A DNA stretch of 64,000 nucleotides from Octopus vulgaris (GCA_951406725.2 OX597823.1:17794001-17858000), one strand, 5' to 3'; counted from the stretch's first letter, positions 1 through 13,636 are shown. Numbers and translations are program-made. Notes: generated from the sequence alone by a model not told the origin.

Positions 1-109
1 TATATCACTGTTGCTTAAACTGTAACAAAGCAAAGACATGTGGAGATGAAACTTGAAACATACACTGATATACATGTGTGTGTGTGTGTGTGTGTGTGTA
101 TGCATAAGT

Positions 110-143
<34 letters not shown>

Positions 144-383
144 ATGCATAAGTGTGCGTGTGCGTGTGTGTGTTCAAAAACTAGCCATGTGGCTTTTCAT
201 GCTCCAATTTGAAAAGATGTTACTGGCCACTGGCCATTAGGGTCTGATGAAACATGTGTAAAGCACTTTAGGGATGTGAAACCCTGAGTAACCCTATGAA
301 CCAGACTACTGCTCTATAACTTCAAATGTGCTTCTCTTTCAGATTTATGATTTACTGACAACACACACACACACATATATAGT

Positions 384-697
384 GGAGGCGCAATGGCCTA
401 GTGGTTAGGGCTGCAGACTCACGGCTGCAGGATCACAGTTTCAATTCCCAGACCGGGTGTTGTGAGTGTTTATTGAACGAAAACACCTAAAAGCTCCATG
501 AGGCTCTGGCAGGATGGAAGTGGGGGGTGATACCTGCTGTACTCTTTCACCAAAACTTTCTCTCACTCTTTCTTCTGTTGGCCTGCTCGCTTAGCCAGCG
601 GGGTGGTGGCATTCAAAGGCTAAAACAATAAAACAATGCAAATGCATTGTGACCAGCGATGTGTAGCAACATCTGATGGTCTGATCGGTCATGTGAT
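384..697 (+). mobile_element. tRNA-derived SINE, family C1
   Basis: Pol III A-box TGGCCTAGTGG and B-box-like GTTTCAATTCC; body closely matches copy at 63812-64000. Confidence 0.85.
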
Positions 698-1343
698 ATA
701 TATATATATATATAGTATAATTCAGGTAAAAATGTGATTTGTTATTAAAACCTGGGATCTTCCAACCTAATGTTATATTTTTCTTATATATAATGTATAT
801 ATACATATCAAAAGAGAATATTGGTAAAACGTTTTTGAATCTCCTGTTTCAATGTGTAATTACTGAACAAAAATATTTTCCAGAATTTTCAACACTTATG
901 CATTCTTCACACAAATATGACATCTATGTACAACTTTGGAATACTGGAATAAGTGGATATGTGCTTCAACAGGACACACTTTGGATGTTAATCCTATCAC
1001 CATAACATGTGTGTGTTGTTATACTGTACAAGTGTCTTCTAATACAGCTTTATTCTGAGGCTATATCAGAAGACATTTGTCTAAGGTGCCAGGCAACAGA
1101 AGCAAGCCCCAAAACCCATGGTTGTGAAATAAGCTTCTTAACTCCACAACCATGCCTGTGCAGTATATTTTAATCTGTATTTATGAACTTATGGGGATTA
1201 GCTAATTAACCTATGTTGGCACAGGTCACCATTAGTTTCCTAAGACCTCAGATTTTACAGTATACCAGTAAACTAAAAGAAGTTTGTGTCAACATCAGTT
1301 GTCAAGCGATGGAGGAGGGGACAAACACACACAGAAATAACAA

Positions 1344-1376
<33 letters not shown>

Positions 1377-1700
1377 AACACATATATATGACAGGTTTCT
1401 TTCAGTTTCCGTCTACCAAATCCAATCACAAGACAAATCCAACCACTGATGCACATTATGAACTACATTACCTATACTGACCTTCCTTTTTAAAAAGGCA
1501 CTGAGTAATTTGAGAAAATTTGTCTGCTATTTCAACCAGTTAAAAAAAATAAAATTCACAGGCTTCACTGACATTAGAACTTTATAGAGTCCCCAGCAAA
1601 CTCTGTTATGTGGTTGGCATAAGGAAGGGCATCCAACCAAAGAAATCATGTCACAACAGATAGTTGGAGTCTGGTCAGTTCCATGTCAAACCGTCTAATC

Positions 1701-2423
1701 CAGTGATTCTGAACCAGGGTCCATATAGCCCCTGAGGGTCCTTTAAGATTTTTGGGGGTCCACACAACAAAATAGTAAATTGGGGATCCCCAATATTATT
1801 TTAAGGGCCCCTGAAAAAATTTTGCTTCGGATGTATGTATTTGTATTATTGCAAGAAAAAGCTAGGTTTCTTTCTCAAATATTTTACATGGTTCAATCTA
1901 CACAAGTAAATAAGAATTTTGTAAGAAGTTTCTATAGGAGTGGCTGTGTGGTAAGTAGCTTGCTTACCAACCACATGGTTCTGGGTTCAGTCCTGCTGTG
2001 TGGCACCTTGGGCAAGTGTCTTCTACTATAGCCTTGGGCTGACCAAAGCCTTATGAGTGGATTTAGTAGGTGGAAACTGAAAGAAGCCCGTCGTATATAT
2101 GTATATATATATATATGTATATGTTTGTGTGTCTGTGTTTGTATCCCCAACGTCGCTTGACAACCAATGCTGGTCTGTTTATGTACCTGTCGCTTAGCGG
2201 TTCAGCAAAAGAGACCGATAGAATAAGTACTAGGCTTACAAAGAATAAGTCCTGGGGTCGAGTTGCTCGATTAAAGGCGGTGCTCCAGCATGGCCACAGT
2301 CAAATGACTGAAACAAGTAAAAGAGAGTAAACTAGTTTTTAAACATTGAATACTTATGGGGGTTCACCAAAATAAAATAGTAATCAACGGGGTCCATAGA
2401 GGTAAAATGGTCGAGAATCCCTG
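1701..2423. mobile_element. hAT (Charlie-like) MITE carrying a nested SINE A
   Basis: TIRs CAGTGATTCTGAACCA / TGGTCGAGAATCCCTG; 8-bp TSD GTCTAATC (1693-1700) / GTCTAACC (2424-2431). Confidence 0.8.
1935..2331 (+). mobile_element. tRNA-derived SINE family A (CORE-like segment, internal TA/TG microsatellite, GAGTAAAA tail)
   Basis: GGTTCAGTCC B-box-like motif, GGCACCTTGGGCAAGTG segment; more than a dozen related copies in the window. Confidence 0.9.
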
Positions 2424-2615
2424 GTCTAACCCATGCTAGCATACAAAGTGGACGTTAATCAATGTCTGTATATATGTATGTCACCAGCAGATTTTTCAAA
2501 TAGTAGTGCTTGATTTGAAGGGAATTTGGTTATCAATTTTAAGAGGTCTAGCAACAAAGTAAGGACTTTCAGCTTGCGTACAACTCTCTCTCCCTCTGTT
2601 CTCCTTCTGTGTGTT

Positions 2616-2647
<32 letters not shown>

Positions 2648-2977
2648 TATGTTTATGTGTGTTGGGTATATACATATGTGTTGGGTATATACATGCAGTG
2701 CCCCATGAGACTTATCTTTAACCCCAAGATAAACGAACAATGCACAAAGAATAGAGCCAAATTTGGTAATACAACGTGAATAGCTAAAATAAAAAGAATT
2801 GTACAAATGCATGAGAAGCAATACAACAAAAAAGATTAAGCTAAATAACTGGTAGGCTCAAGCATATACAGTATCTCACATATGTGTGCATGCATATATC
2901 TACATGTGTTAATGTGTGTGTGTGTGTGTATGTATGTATATGTTTGTATATTTATATATATATATATATATATATAT

Positions 2978-3143
2978 AGGCGTAGGAGTGACTGTGTGGT
3001 AAGTAGCTTGCTTACCAACCACATAGTTCCAAGTTCAGTCCCACTGCATGGCACCTTGGGCATGTGTCTCCTACTATAGCCTTGGGCCAACCAAAGCCTT
3101 GTGAGTGGATTTGGTAGACGGAAACTGAAAGAAACCCATCGTA
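2978..3143 (+). mobile_element. SINE A, 5' half
   Basis: Matches 1935-2095, ends in the internal TA microsatellite. Confidence 0.85.
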
Positions 3144-3208
<65 letters not shown>

Positions 3209-3479
3209 GCATATGTGTGTATATATATATATCACTCATACATCTCTCTCATCATTCATGTCTCTACCACTCGGGTTTCTCACTCTGTAAAGAATAAATA
3301 GAGACATGACATTATGAGATCCATTTAGTCTTGTCAAAGGACATGGCTACCCCTCTAGTGCAGGTGTCATGAAAAATGCATCCAATACACTCCATAAATT
3401 GGTTGGTGTTAGGAAGAGCATCCAGCCATAGTAACCAGGCCAAAATGAAATGCAAGTGAGATAAGTTGCTCTTGATTTG

Positions 3480-3728
3480 GGTAGATGGACAATTCGTCGA
3501 CAGACAGTTGGCTGTCAGACAATTGGCTGATAGACAACTTACAGACAGGGCAATTGTATGGTGTGGCACAGAATGCTGTTGTCAGGCATAGGGTGTTCCA
3601 GCAGTACCCTATTAACCCTGGGCAGCACAACCTCCTCCAGGCACTTAATGTAGGCCTCCATGTTGAGTCTGAGGCTATGTGGGAATTGCCTGTCGGTGAA
3701 TTGTCTGTCGATGAATTATCTGCACATG
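3480..3728. mobile_element. Non-autonomous MULE/Foldback-like DNA element
   Basis: Exact 9-bp TSD CTTGATTTG (3471-3479, 3729-3737); ends built from ~15-bp tandem units (AGACAATTGGCTGAT-like) in inverted orientation. Confidence 0.7.
3556..3684 (-). pseudogene. Tc1/mariner (DD37D/maT-like) transposase fragment inside the MULE-like element
   Basis: Translates PHSLRLNMEAYIKCLEEVVLPRVNRV / (frameshift) AGTPYA*QQHSVPHH, matching the ...Y..L...VLP W.....WQQDxAPxH region. Confidence 0.75.
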
Positions 3729-4197
3729 CTTGATTTGTTGAGGTGAGCAGGCCCGTCACACCCATGCCAGCATAAATGACAGATGGTAATGATGATGATG
3801 ATGATGATGATGACAATGTATATTTATACACGAGTGTCAAATATAAACAAACCAAGACAAGTTGGTTAAGTTCTTAGCCCATTGGAAAGTACAGCTTAGG
3901 GTATTTGTTCCAGATCCCTGTATTCTGAGTTCACGTTTTGCCAAGGTGTCTTTCAAAGTTGATAAATAAAGTACTAATTCAGAACAAGTGTTAATTTTCC
4001 TTCTCTCTCGCTCTCTTCAAACATACAGAGCGATGTATTCTACCAGGTTTAAATTACTCAAGACATTCAGTGTGAATTGTGACAACGCCCCAATATCTCT
4101 ATCAGGAGATCAAAAGTTAAGCTTTGCCTTTATATATATAACATATCCATATGCATATGTATGTGTGTAACCATATGTGCATATATATATATGTATG

Positions 4198-4251
<54 letters not shown>

Positions 4252-4318
4252 TACACATTTATATATATATATATATAACATATTCATATGTATATGTATA
4301 TATGTGTGAGTATCCATA

Positions 4319-4383
<65 letters not shown>

Positions 4384-4408
4384 GTATGTATATATATGTG
4401 TATATATA

Positions 4409-4454
<46 letters not shown>

Positions 4455-4789
4455 TATATTTATATATATATATATAAACTAATAACATGGTGTATACGGT
4501 GGTAGTGACAAAGCAGTATTTATTTACTCTTCTGTGTTTCAGTTCTTGAAACCCTGTGGGATTGATAAAAATGTCTCTTTGATAAAATGAAACCAAGTTC
4601 TTCAATTAACTCCCTTTTTCTTTAAATATAGTTTCGTTGGAAGTTTGGAAATGGCATTAAACAGTAAAATGCATGTTGCTTTCAATATTATATCCTTGAA
4701 GTGGTTCGTGGTGGTGGTGATTATAGTAACTGGTGTTTGTTAGACAATGGTGGTGGCTTTGGTGGCGGTGATTGTTTCTTTATCATATA

Positions 4790-5208
4790 CTAGCAGTATC
4801 GCCCAGCGTTGCTTGGGTTTTTAAGGGAAATAACTATATAAGCATTTTTAGAGAGTTATAGCCAAAAGATAGCAAAAAAATGCATTAAAAATGGAAAAAA
4901 AATTATGGTAAATTTTTTTAAAACTCTTTGACATTTTTTTTTAAAATCGTAGACATTTTTAGAGAGTTACTTCCCTTATATGATAGTGAAAAAAATGCAT
5001 TAAAATGGAAAAAAATGATGGTAAATGTTTTTTTAAATCGTAGACTCATCGTAGACGCGCGCTAATACCCAGAAGGGCTCGATATGAATCACGACTATAA
5101 GATACCCGGTTTTGGTTAAACTGCACCGCAAAATGTGGGAGTAGTTAGGAATCTAAATCGTAGGAGACAGACACACAACCTTACTTTTATATACTTGCAT
5201 ATATAAGA
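4790..5208 (-). mobile_element. Non-autonomous Helitron, copy 1
   Basis: Minus-strand 3' end CCCAAGCAACGCTGGGCGATACTGCTAG|T; homologous to 33290-33682; internal tandem subrepeats. Confidence 0.8.
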
Positions 5209-5574
5209 AAAAGACATGATGGTCAAGGCTGGAATAACTTTTTATTATAGATCAGTTCAATCAGGGCTGGTCTGGAGCTTAAACAATATTTTATCCATTA
5301 GGAAGGGCATCCAGCCATAGAAACCATGCCAGAATAGACAATAGAGCCTGGTGCAGCCCCCTGGCCTTACCAGCTCCTGCCAAACCATGCAACCCCACAC
5401 CAGCATCGAAAATGGACGTTGAATGATGACGATGATAATGAGGATGATAATGACGATGATGATGACGATGATGATGATGATGATTATATGTAAGCATTTA
5501 TTGCATGCATGCATGTATGTAAGGTGCACTCATGTATATTTATATATATATATATATATATGTATATATTTAAT

Positions 5575-5918
5575 TATATAATTATATTAAGGGAGCAAAG
5601 GTGAAAAACAACCTGTCTCCAACATGCTTGAAAATGGCAAGGCGCTCAGGTACTACAGCAAAGCTCAAAAATATATACAGGCTGTAGTCGGGTGAGTGAA
5701 AATAATATTAAAAAGACTTCATGCTAATTGTGAATTGGGTACAATTTCAGAAAATTGTACCCAATTCACAATTAATGTGAAGGCTTTTTAATATTACTTT
5801 CACTCACCCGACTACAATCTATATATTTTTGAGCTTTGCTGTAGTACCTGCCTTGCCATTTTCAAGCATGCTGGAGACAGGTCGTTTTTCACCCTTGATC
5901 CCTTAATATAATTATATA
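5575..5918. repeat. ~340-bp near-perfect palindrome (fold-back element)
   Basis: Arms are reverse complements around TTTCAGAAA at ~5745-5753; sits in TA-rich sequence. Confidence 0.9.
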
Positions 5919-5949
5919 GTTATATAGAGACCAAAGTGTACGTACTCCG

Positions 5950-5993
<44 letters not shown>

Positions 5994-6229
5994 CAAAATG
6001 GGACAAGAACACAAAAAAAAAGGAGAGTTAGGTGATACAAAAATGGGACAACAAAACATCCAGATAGACGATACAAAGAAAACAAGGACGGGTCATTTGA
6101 AGTTTTCATTCCTCAGTCAAGTACCAGATTATCTTCGCAATTTCGGCTGATTATACTTGAGATTGCTTGAGTGGAATTGGTTTATGGAAACTGAAAGAAG
6201 CCCATTGTACACATACATATACATATATA

Positions 6230-6408
6230 GGAGTAAATGTAAGGACAAACAAGTTTGGCAACCCCTTTAATTCCTGATATCATTTCTATTCTGATTAAAC
6301 TGGAATTTTTTTTTATATGTGTACATATGTACATGTTTTTGTATTAAATGTATTTAATATTTTTTGTATATCGACTTCCCTAATTTGTTTGTCCTTACAT
6401 TTACTCCC
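6230..6408. repeat. Short inverted-repeat element
   Basis: GAGTAAATGTAAGGACAAACAA / TTGTTTGTCCTTACATTTACTC. Confidence 0.6.
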
Positions 6409-6688
6409 CAACCTGTTCAAAATCAAATCTGTTGAGCACTACAAAGTGTATTCTGTATAGAGAACACATGTCTCTAATCAATAAATTATATACAAATATA
6501 TATGTGTATATATATATTTGTGTGTGCTTATATGTATAAAGCACCCATTACGCTCTCAGAGTGGCTGGTTTTAGGAAGGGCATCCATGCCTAATTAGACT
6601 GGAATCTGGTGCAGCCTACCAGCTTACCAACCCAGTCAAACCATCCAACCCATAGACAACGGACGTTAAATGATGATGATGATGAAAT

Positions 6689-6727
<39 letters not shown>

Positions 6728-7508
6728 TCATCATGCAATACTTATAGACAAGTGGTGTTGTTTATTTATTATCCTCTGTGAAAACATGTCTAGTCATGAA
6801 AAAATATCACCTTGCTTGGAATTAGATAAAAGTTGGTGACAAGAAACGCATCCAGTTGTAGAAAATGTGTTTTGATAATTTCCATCTGACCGACGCAAGT
6901 ATGGAAAAGTGGGCATTAAAAACGATGATGATGATGATGATGATGACAGTGTGATTTGAAGAAGCATTTGTTGTTTATTTTTAGCAGGTCTAGTGAACCA
7001 TTAGAGCTTCCTTTATTGAGTCAAGTATCCTTAATGCATGAAACAGTTGATATTCCTTGTTAAATCCTTTTCTTTTGACTTGGCTGTGAATGGGCCCACC
7101 CAATCCTAGCTGACATACCCACCTGTAACACAGTAAAGACTCAACTAAATACAGCTTCTATATAGTTTGTTTGATTTTCTGAATATAGCAGCCAAATCTT
7201 GCTCAAAGTACTTTCCAGCATCTTAGAAAACAACACATGGGATACTGTTGCCCAGACTACACTGTTCCAGAAGAAGGCAAAATATGATTTAGTCATGTTT
7301 GGAATAATCTTTGACTGATCAGAGTTCTGTTGTGTCAGGTATGACCTAGGCTAAGACAACACCAGCACGTGGTGATGATCGAATTAAACATTATGGGTAA
7401 GTCATAAGAAGCTTATCCTGTATGTTTCTTGTCCTTTTACTAGAACTCTGCTGTGTCTATGTGAATGAATGATAAGGCCCTTAATTCTAGGTGTTACATC
7501 ACCATCAG

Positions 7509-7573
<65 letters not shown>

Positions 7574-8182
7574 GTGTTTAACATCCAACTTCCATGCCCG
7601 CATGGGTAAGACAGTTGACAAGAGCTAGTCAGATGGAAGACTACCCCAGCCTGCTGTATCTGTTTTGGTAGGGGTAGGGTTAGGGTTAGCGTTAGGGTTT
7701 GGGTTTTTATGGTTGGATGCCCTTCCTAACACTAACAACTCTGCAGAGTGGACTCAGTGCTTTTTATGTGACAGTAACTCAGTTTTGGCAGGGTTTTTTA
7801 CAGCTGGAGGCCCTTCCAAATGGCAACCACTTTACAGTGCTACAATAAACTGAAATGCAGACAGAGTGACACAGAAGCTCACAGTTGCTGGCAGTGGGAG
7901 CATAGGAAAACTGATGTATACCTTGTTAGTTTGCAAAACAGAATTCAAGATTCTCCTTTATGGTAGAATGTTAAATTCTATATTGCAAACTAAAATGGTG
8001 ATGAATGAAATCTGTTAGTATATTTTACTCAAAAATGAATTCATGAAGATGAAGACTTTGGTAATTTTCCATCAGCACTCAACACTAATGGCTGAATCAT
8101 TAACAAGCTCTCTTAATGAATGTAGATCTTCCGGAAGATTTTGTCTATTAAGAAGTATCAAAATTTTAGCCTACATTACTTT

Positions 8183-8216
<34 letters not shown>

Positions 8217-8308
8217 TGTATGTATGTATGTATGTATGTATGTATGTATGTATGTATGTATGTATGAATGGGTGAATGCATGGATGAATGCTTGTATGTA
8301 TGATTGAC

Positions 8309-8342
<34 letters not shown>

Positions 8343-8348
8343 CATATA

Positions 8349-8540
8349 TTTAAAAGCAGCAGAAATTTAACAAAAGTTGTTACTCGGAGTTTAACAAAAC
8401 TCTCTGATGAACGGGAACATGAAACTCCGAGTAACAGCTTTTGTTAAATTTCTGCTGCTTTTAAATAAAGCATATTACTCTACCTCTGGTATTTGAGTAC
8501 TCTTTTTTTCCACCTTGTTTCACATTTATGTATTTACTCT

Positions 8541-8545
<5 letters not shown>
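8349..8545 (+). mobile_element. Fold-back Penelope-like fragment with hammerhead motif (8400-8437)
   Basis: Arms 8349-8392 / 8422-8465; loop CTGATGA-acgggaacat-GAAAC-TCCGA-GTA; related fragment reversed at ~25265-25341. Confidence 0.7.
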
Positions 8546-8576
<31 letters not shown>

Positions 8577-9025
8577 TGTATGTATGCATTTACATATGTT
8601 TGTATATATGTATACATATTCACAGGCATATATTTACATAAATATATATTCCGGTATATATTTGTATGTATCTATCTGTCTGTCCCTATATAGACATGTA
8701 CCATCAACATCATCATCATCGTTTAATGTCCGATTTCCATGCTGGCATGGGTTGGACAGTTCGACTTATGTCTGGAGAGCCAATGGCTGCACCAGGCTCC
8801 AATCTGATCCGGCAATGTTTCTACAGCTAGGGCGCCTTTCCTAATGCCAACCACTCTGAGAGTGTAGTGGGTGCTTTTTATGTGCCACCAGCACAGGAGT
8901 CAGTGAGGCAGGCCTGGCATCAACCATGGCAGCCAGTCAGAGGCCTGGCATCGGTCACGTTCGGATGGGGCTTTGTACACACACACACACACACACATAA
9001 ATATCAAATATTAGGGTATCTCTGT

Positions 9026-9431
9026 TACTCTTTTACTTGTTTCAGTCATTTGACTGCGGCCATGCTGGAGCACTGCCTTTAGTCGAGCAACTCGACCCCG
9101 GGACTTATTCTTTTTGTAAGCCCAGTACTTATTCTATCGGTCTCTTTTTGCCGAACCGCTAAGTGACGGGAACGTAAACAAACCAGCATCGGTTGTCAAG
9201 CAATGCTAGGGGAACAAACACAGACACACATACACACACACATACATATATATATATACATATATACGACAGGCTTCTTTCAGTTTCCGTCTACCAAATC
9301 CACTCACAAGGCATTGGTCGGCCCGGGGCTATAGTAGAAGACACTTGCCCAAGATGCCACACAGTGGGACTGAACCCGGAACCATGTGGTTGGTTAGCAA
9401 GCTACTTACCACACAGCCACTCCTGCGCCTA
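9026..9431 (-). mobile_element. SINE A, full length
   Basis: Reverse complement of the family A sequence. Confidence 0.9.
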
Positions 9432-9841
9432 TGTATTTGTCCTAATTTCTTTTTTTTTTTTTTCTCAATGACAACTGTTCATGGGTTCCATTTTAAGAAC
9501 ACTGTCTTTTCTCTCTTTCTCTTTCCTTAGATCTTTTTCTCCTGTGTCTGTTAAATGTTATAAAATTATCATATCAAAAATAATAGCATCATAAGGCAGG
9601 GCTGCAGTGATTACATAGCTATGACACAGAGAAGAGGGTGGAGGTTTGTTTTCATAAGGAGACAGCGTTTTGTCTTAACCATGACATACAAATATAATAT
9701 ATATATATCTATATGTATATGTGTGCACATACATATATATATGCATGTGTAAATATATATATATATATATGTATGTAGGTATGTATATATATATATATGT
9801 GTGTGTGTGTATAGTCATATTCCCTGGAGACATATATATAT

Positions 9842-9894
<53 letters not shown>

Positions 9895-10048
9895 CATATA
9901 TATATATATATATCAAGGGAAAATGACTTGAGGAAAGAGTAAAATAAACAACTGTTTTCTTTAGCTTATATCAAGCAGCTGTGAAAAGATTTTGAAGTTT
10001 CTAGAAGTTTAAGATAGTGGAAGCTAAATATGTTAATGTGTGTGTTTT

Positions 10049-10094
<46 letters not shown>

Positions 10095-10298
10095 TGAACA
10101 TGTGTAGATTTTGTTAATATAAAAGAATGTTTGTGTAAATCTATTTTTGAATATATTTAAAATATAGAAAGTATGTTTAATGGGAGCAATTGAGCAAAAT
10201 GGAGCTATGTAAATGAACACATAGACATATGTTACATGCACACATATATATGTGTGTGTATGTGTTTGTGTGTGTGTGTGCGTGCATATATATATATA

Positions 10299-10331
<33 letters not shown>

Positions 10332-10355
10332 CTATGTATATATCTATACATATAT

Positions 10356-10412
<57 letters not shown>

Positions 10413-10931
10413 TATATATATATGTATGTATTTATGTATATATGTATGTATACTGACATGTATGTGAATGTCATTGAAAAATTGTTTCAACGCAAAAGCC
10501 CAGCAGCGATGAGGGGAAGGGTTTAGTTTAGCCCTCGTACTTGACTGAAATTTTATATTATTAACCCTGGAGGGATGAAAAGCAAAATTATGCTTTATGA
10601 GATTTGAACTCAGAGTGTAAAGAACTAGATCATTTTTCTTACATGTTCTAATGATTCTGCTAATCCACTGCCTTATATGCCACATGAAAATGTAAAGATG
10701 TGTGTGTATGTGTGGGCATGTATGTGTATGTACACACACACATATATATATTTATACACATACACATACACACATCAGTTGATAAATGTGTGTGGTAAAC
10801 ATACGCCAAATTAAAGTAAGATCCATATGAAAATATTGGCAGATATCTGGGACAGTACAGCTACTGCTGGTACTCTGTACACACAAATATCCTTAATGAC
10901 AAGGTCATTTGGTTGATATGTAATAATTCAA

Positions 10932-11146
10932 AGGTGGCGAGCCGGCAGAAATGTTAGCACGCCGGGTGAAATTCTTAGCAATATTTTGCCTGTCTTTACG
11001 CTCTGAGTTCAAATTCCACTGAGGTTGACTTTACCTTTCATCCTTTCAGGGATGATAAATTAAGTACCAGTTGCATACTGGGTTCGATCTAATCGACTGG
11101 CCTCTTCCCCAAAAATCTCAGGCCTTGTCTCTAGAATAGAAAAGGA
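10932..11146 (+). mobile_element. Meta/MESC-domain SINE (family B)
   Basis: GAGTTCAAATTCC B-box followed by GACTTTACCTTTCATCCTTTCAGGGATGATAAATTAAGTACCAG Meta-like core. Confidence 0.85.
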
Positions 11147-11772
11147 TAAGTAATAATTCACACAGCAACAAGTTAAACCCTCAGGATTACGGTTGTATGA
11201 TTCCTCCCTTTACCTCTGCTGTTGCTACTACAATGACCATTGTTCTTCCTGAGCCACAGAACTGCACACCCTGTGAACTATATTTACCTCTCTCTCTATC
11301 ACCGTGTCTCATATGTCAGACTTCATCCAGTCATTTGCCCTAGATTTCCCCATCTATGTTTGTACCTGTTCCAGCAAAGATTGACCTGCAAAATGTTCAG
11401 ATGAAACAAGGATCATCTCAAAGCTCTGAGAATGGCAAAGCCCACAATGGGGCATGGTCTATAGCCCTCTTCCAAATACATAGAGAATCCACTAAAATCT
11501 GGATTACATGTTCATAACTAAAAACTTCAGGGAACAACCATGGATGACTGATTGTATGTAAAAGGAACGATGAGTGTAATAGATGTAGAAAAAAATGCTC
11601 TCTTTTTATTTCTGTGTATGAATATATGTGCAACAGAAACACGTGTAGGTCATCATAACCATAAAAATATTTCGTATGGCATTGTAAAATAAAAGGAAAT
11701 AAATTTTGAGGATGTACCTGTCTCCATATCCTCTATCATTACAATTATTGCTTATATATATATATATATATA

Positions 11773-12080
11773 TATAGATCAGAGTATACAATAATATAGA
11801 TCAATTACAGTTGATCTTACCAATTGGTTTTGCATAAACCTACCACACCTGAAGAGCATGCATTAGATAATAAAGCAGTTACCTAATATCTGGTGTGAAA
11901 CCGATTAGTAAGATCAGCTGCAAGGAATCTATAATACTGTATACTTTGATTAATAGATCTACTCTTTTGACAAATATAGGAGCACCTAATTCTCCTGACT
12001 TATGGATCATTATATAATAGTTTGGTTTATAAAACAGAGAAATAGAACTCAATACATACAACAAAGTATATGTATTTTTT
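11773..12080 (+). mobile_element. Diverged fold-back element with hammerhead-like loop; second partial copy at 12857-13272
   Basis: Imperfect arms ~11773-11834 / 11894-11955; CTGAAGA (11849) ... GAAACCGATTAGTA (11897-11910); 11905-12080 aligns with 12859-13010 plus 13230-13272. Confidence 0.6.
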
Positions 12081-13010
12081 CATAAACCAAGAATCTGAAG
12101 TGAGTCAAGGCCTAGAGTTTGACTGCAATGCACTTGTCAAACTTAAGTTTGATTATACATACACGTTTACATGCAGGTGCATATGCATGCAAATCTGTGT
12201 ATGTGCACGTGCACACACACACACACACACACACGTATATGAATATTAAGGGCACTTAAAATACATTATGTATATATAATGCTTGCTTTCCCATTTTTAC
12301 TAACTTTCAACATAACCAAAAGATTGGATGGATATGAATGTACTGAATGACCCAGAGTTAGAATCCCACCATTATTAGAACCAGTTCTTTTATTGAAGTC
12401 AGTGTACTTAAAGAGAGGAAACCAGGTGGGAAGGAAGTTAACCAAATTTCATAGACAAACTACTTACAGAATGTTCTAATTATTTTAATCTGTTCCCCTT
12501 AATTAATAAAAACAAATCTTCAAAGTGTAACTATTTCACATGCGAAAAATTATTTAGATTGGATTTTGTTTTTAATGTATTTTTCAGTGTTATTTTGTTT
12601 TTTTACTCTCTAAAGACATGGGTTGGACAGAGCTATAATTCTTCAGAAATACAAAATTTTGGTTATTGCAAAGCTGAATATTCACTCTACACATACTCAA
12701 CTCTCCCTGCTAAATGATGAGCTTTCTATCACAATTAACAAACATGAAGTATGACTTGTATACAAGCCTAGTCATCAGTCTTACCAAATATACCAACTGG
12801 AAAGATTTCCCTGGGTTGACTGATTGATCTGCTTAAATTAGCAGCCAAATTGCCCCCAATTAGTAAGATCAGCTGCAAAGAATCTATAATACTGTATACT
12901 TTGATTAATATATCCATTTTCTTGACAAATAAAGGAGTGCCTAGTTCTTCTGACATACAAATTCTTAGATGATTATATAATAGTTTGGTTTATAAAACAG
13001 CGAAATAGAA

Positions 13011-13229
13011 AATACAGTTCTATATTTAAGAGATGAGGAATTATTTACATTATTTACATTTGACGGATATTTGTCCTCATCTTGTTTGTTGTTAACACAA
13101 CGTTTCGGCTGATATATCCTCCAGCCCCAAGACACCTGATGAAGGCTGGAGGGTATATCAGCCAAAATGTGTTAATGACAAACAAGATGAGGACAAATAT
13201 CTGTCAAATGTAAATAATGTAAATAATGT
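13011..13229 (+). mobile_element. Fold-back Penelope-like insertion with hammerhead motif
   Basis: Arms ~13040-13126 / 13144-13228; ACAC-CTGATGA-A-GGCTG...CAGCC; left arm preserves GAAACGTTGTGT; 12-bp TSD AG(C/A)GAAATAGAA. Confidence 0.8.
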
Positions 13230-13601
13230 AGAGAAATAGAACTCGATACATAAAACAGAGTATATGTATTTTTACACCACCACCACCATTTTTAATGGTT
13301 TTTGTCATTGGATTATGGCCATATTAGGGATCTTCTTTTATGACTTCTGTTATCAAATTTACAGTGAATTATTTTTTTGGTCTCATTCTGCCAAACTGTT
13401 AAATTAAAGGGTCGTAAACAAACCACCACTGGTTATCAGGCAAGCTGTGAAATAGAGAGACAGACAGACAAGCACACACACATACACACACACATGCACA
13501 TGCACAAAAACATATGTTATGCAAGCTCATGCAAACATTGGAATCATAACCAATCCCCCATCATATGTCCAACCCATGCCAGCTTGAAAAATGGACGTTA
13601 T

Positions 13602-13636
<35 letters not shown>

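Noticed and set aside
241-256. CTGATGAAAC hammerhead-like word; also CTGAAGA...GAAACTTTAAGTA at ~19350-19402
   Set aside because: First lacks stem II/III; second lacks stem I pairing
384-460. tRNA genes at SINE heads (also 17456, 18158, 63812)
   Set aside because: A/B boxes present but they continue into SINE bodies without a complete cloverleaf
3485-3555. Regularly spaced short repeats suggestive of CRISPR
   Set aside because: Contiguous 15-bp units with no spacers, eukaryotic context, part of a transposon end
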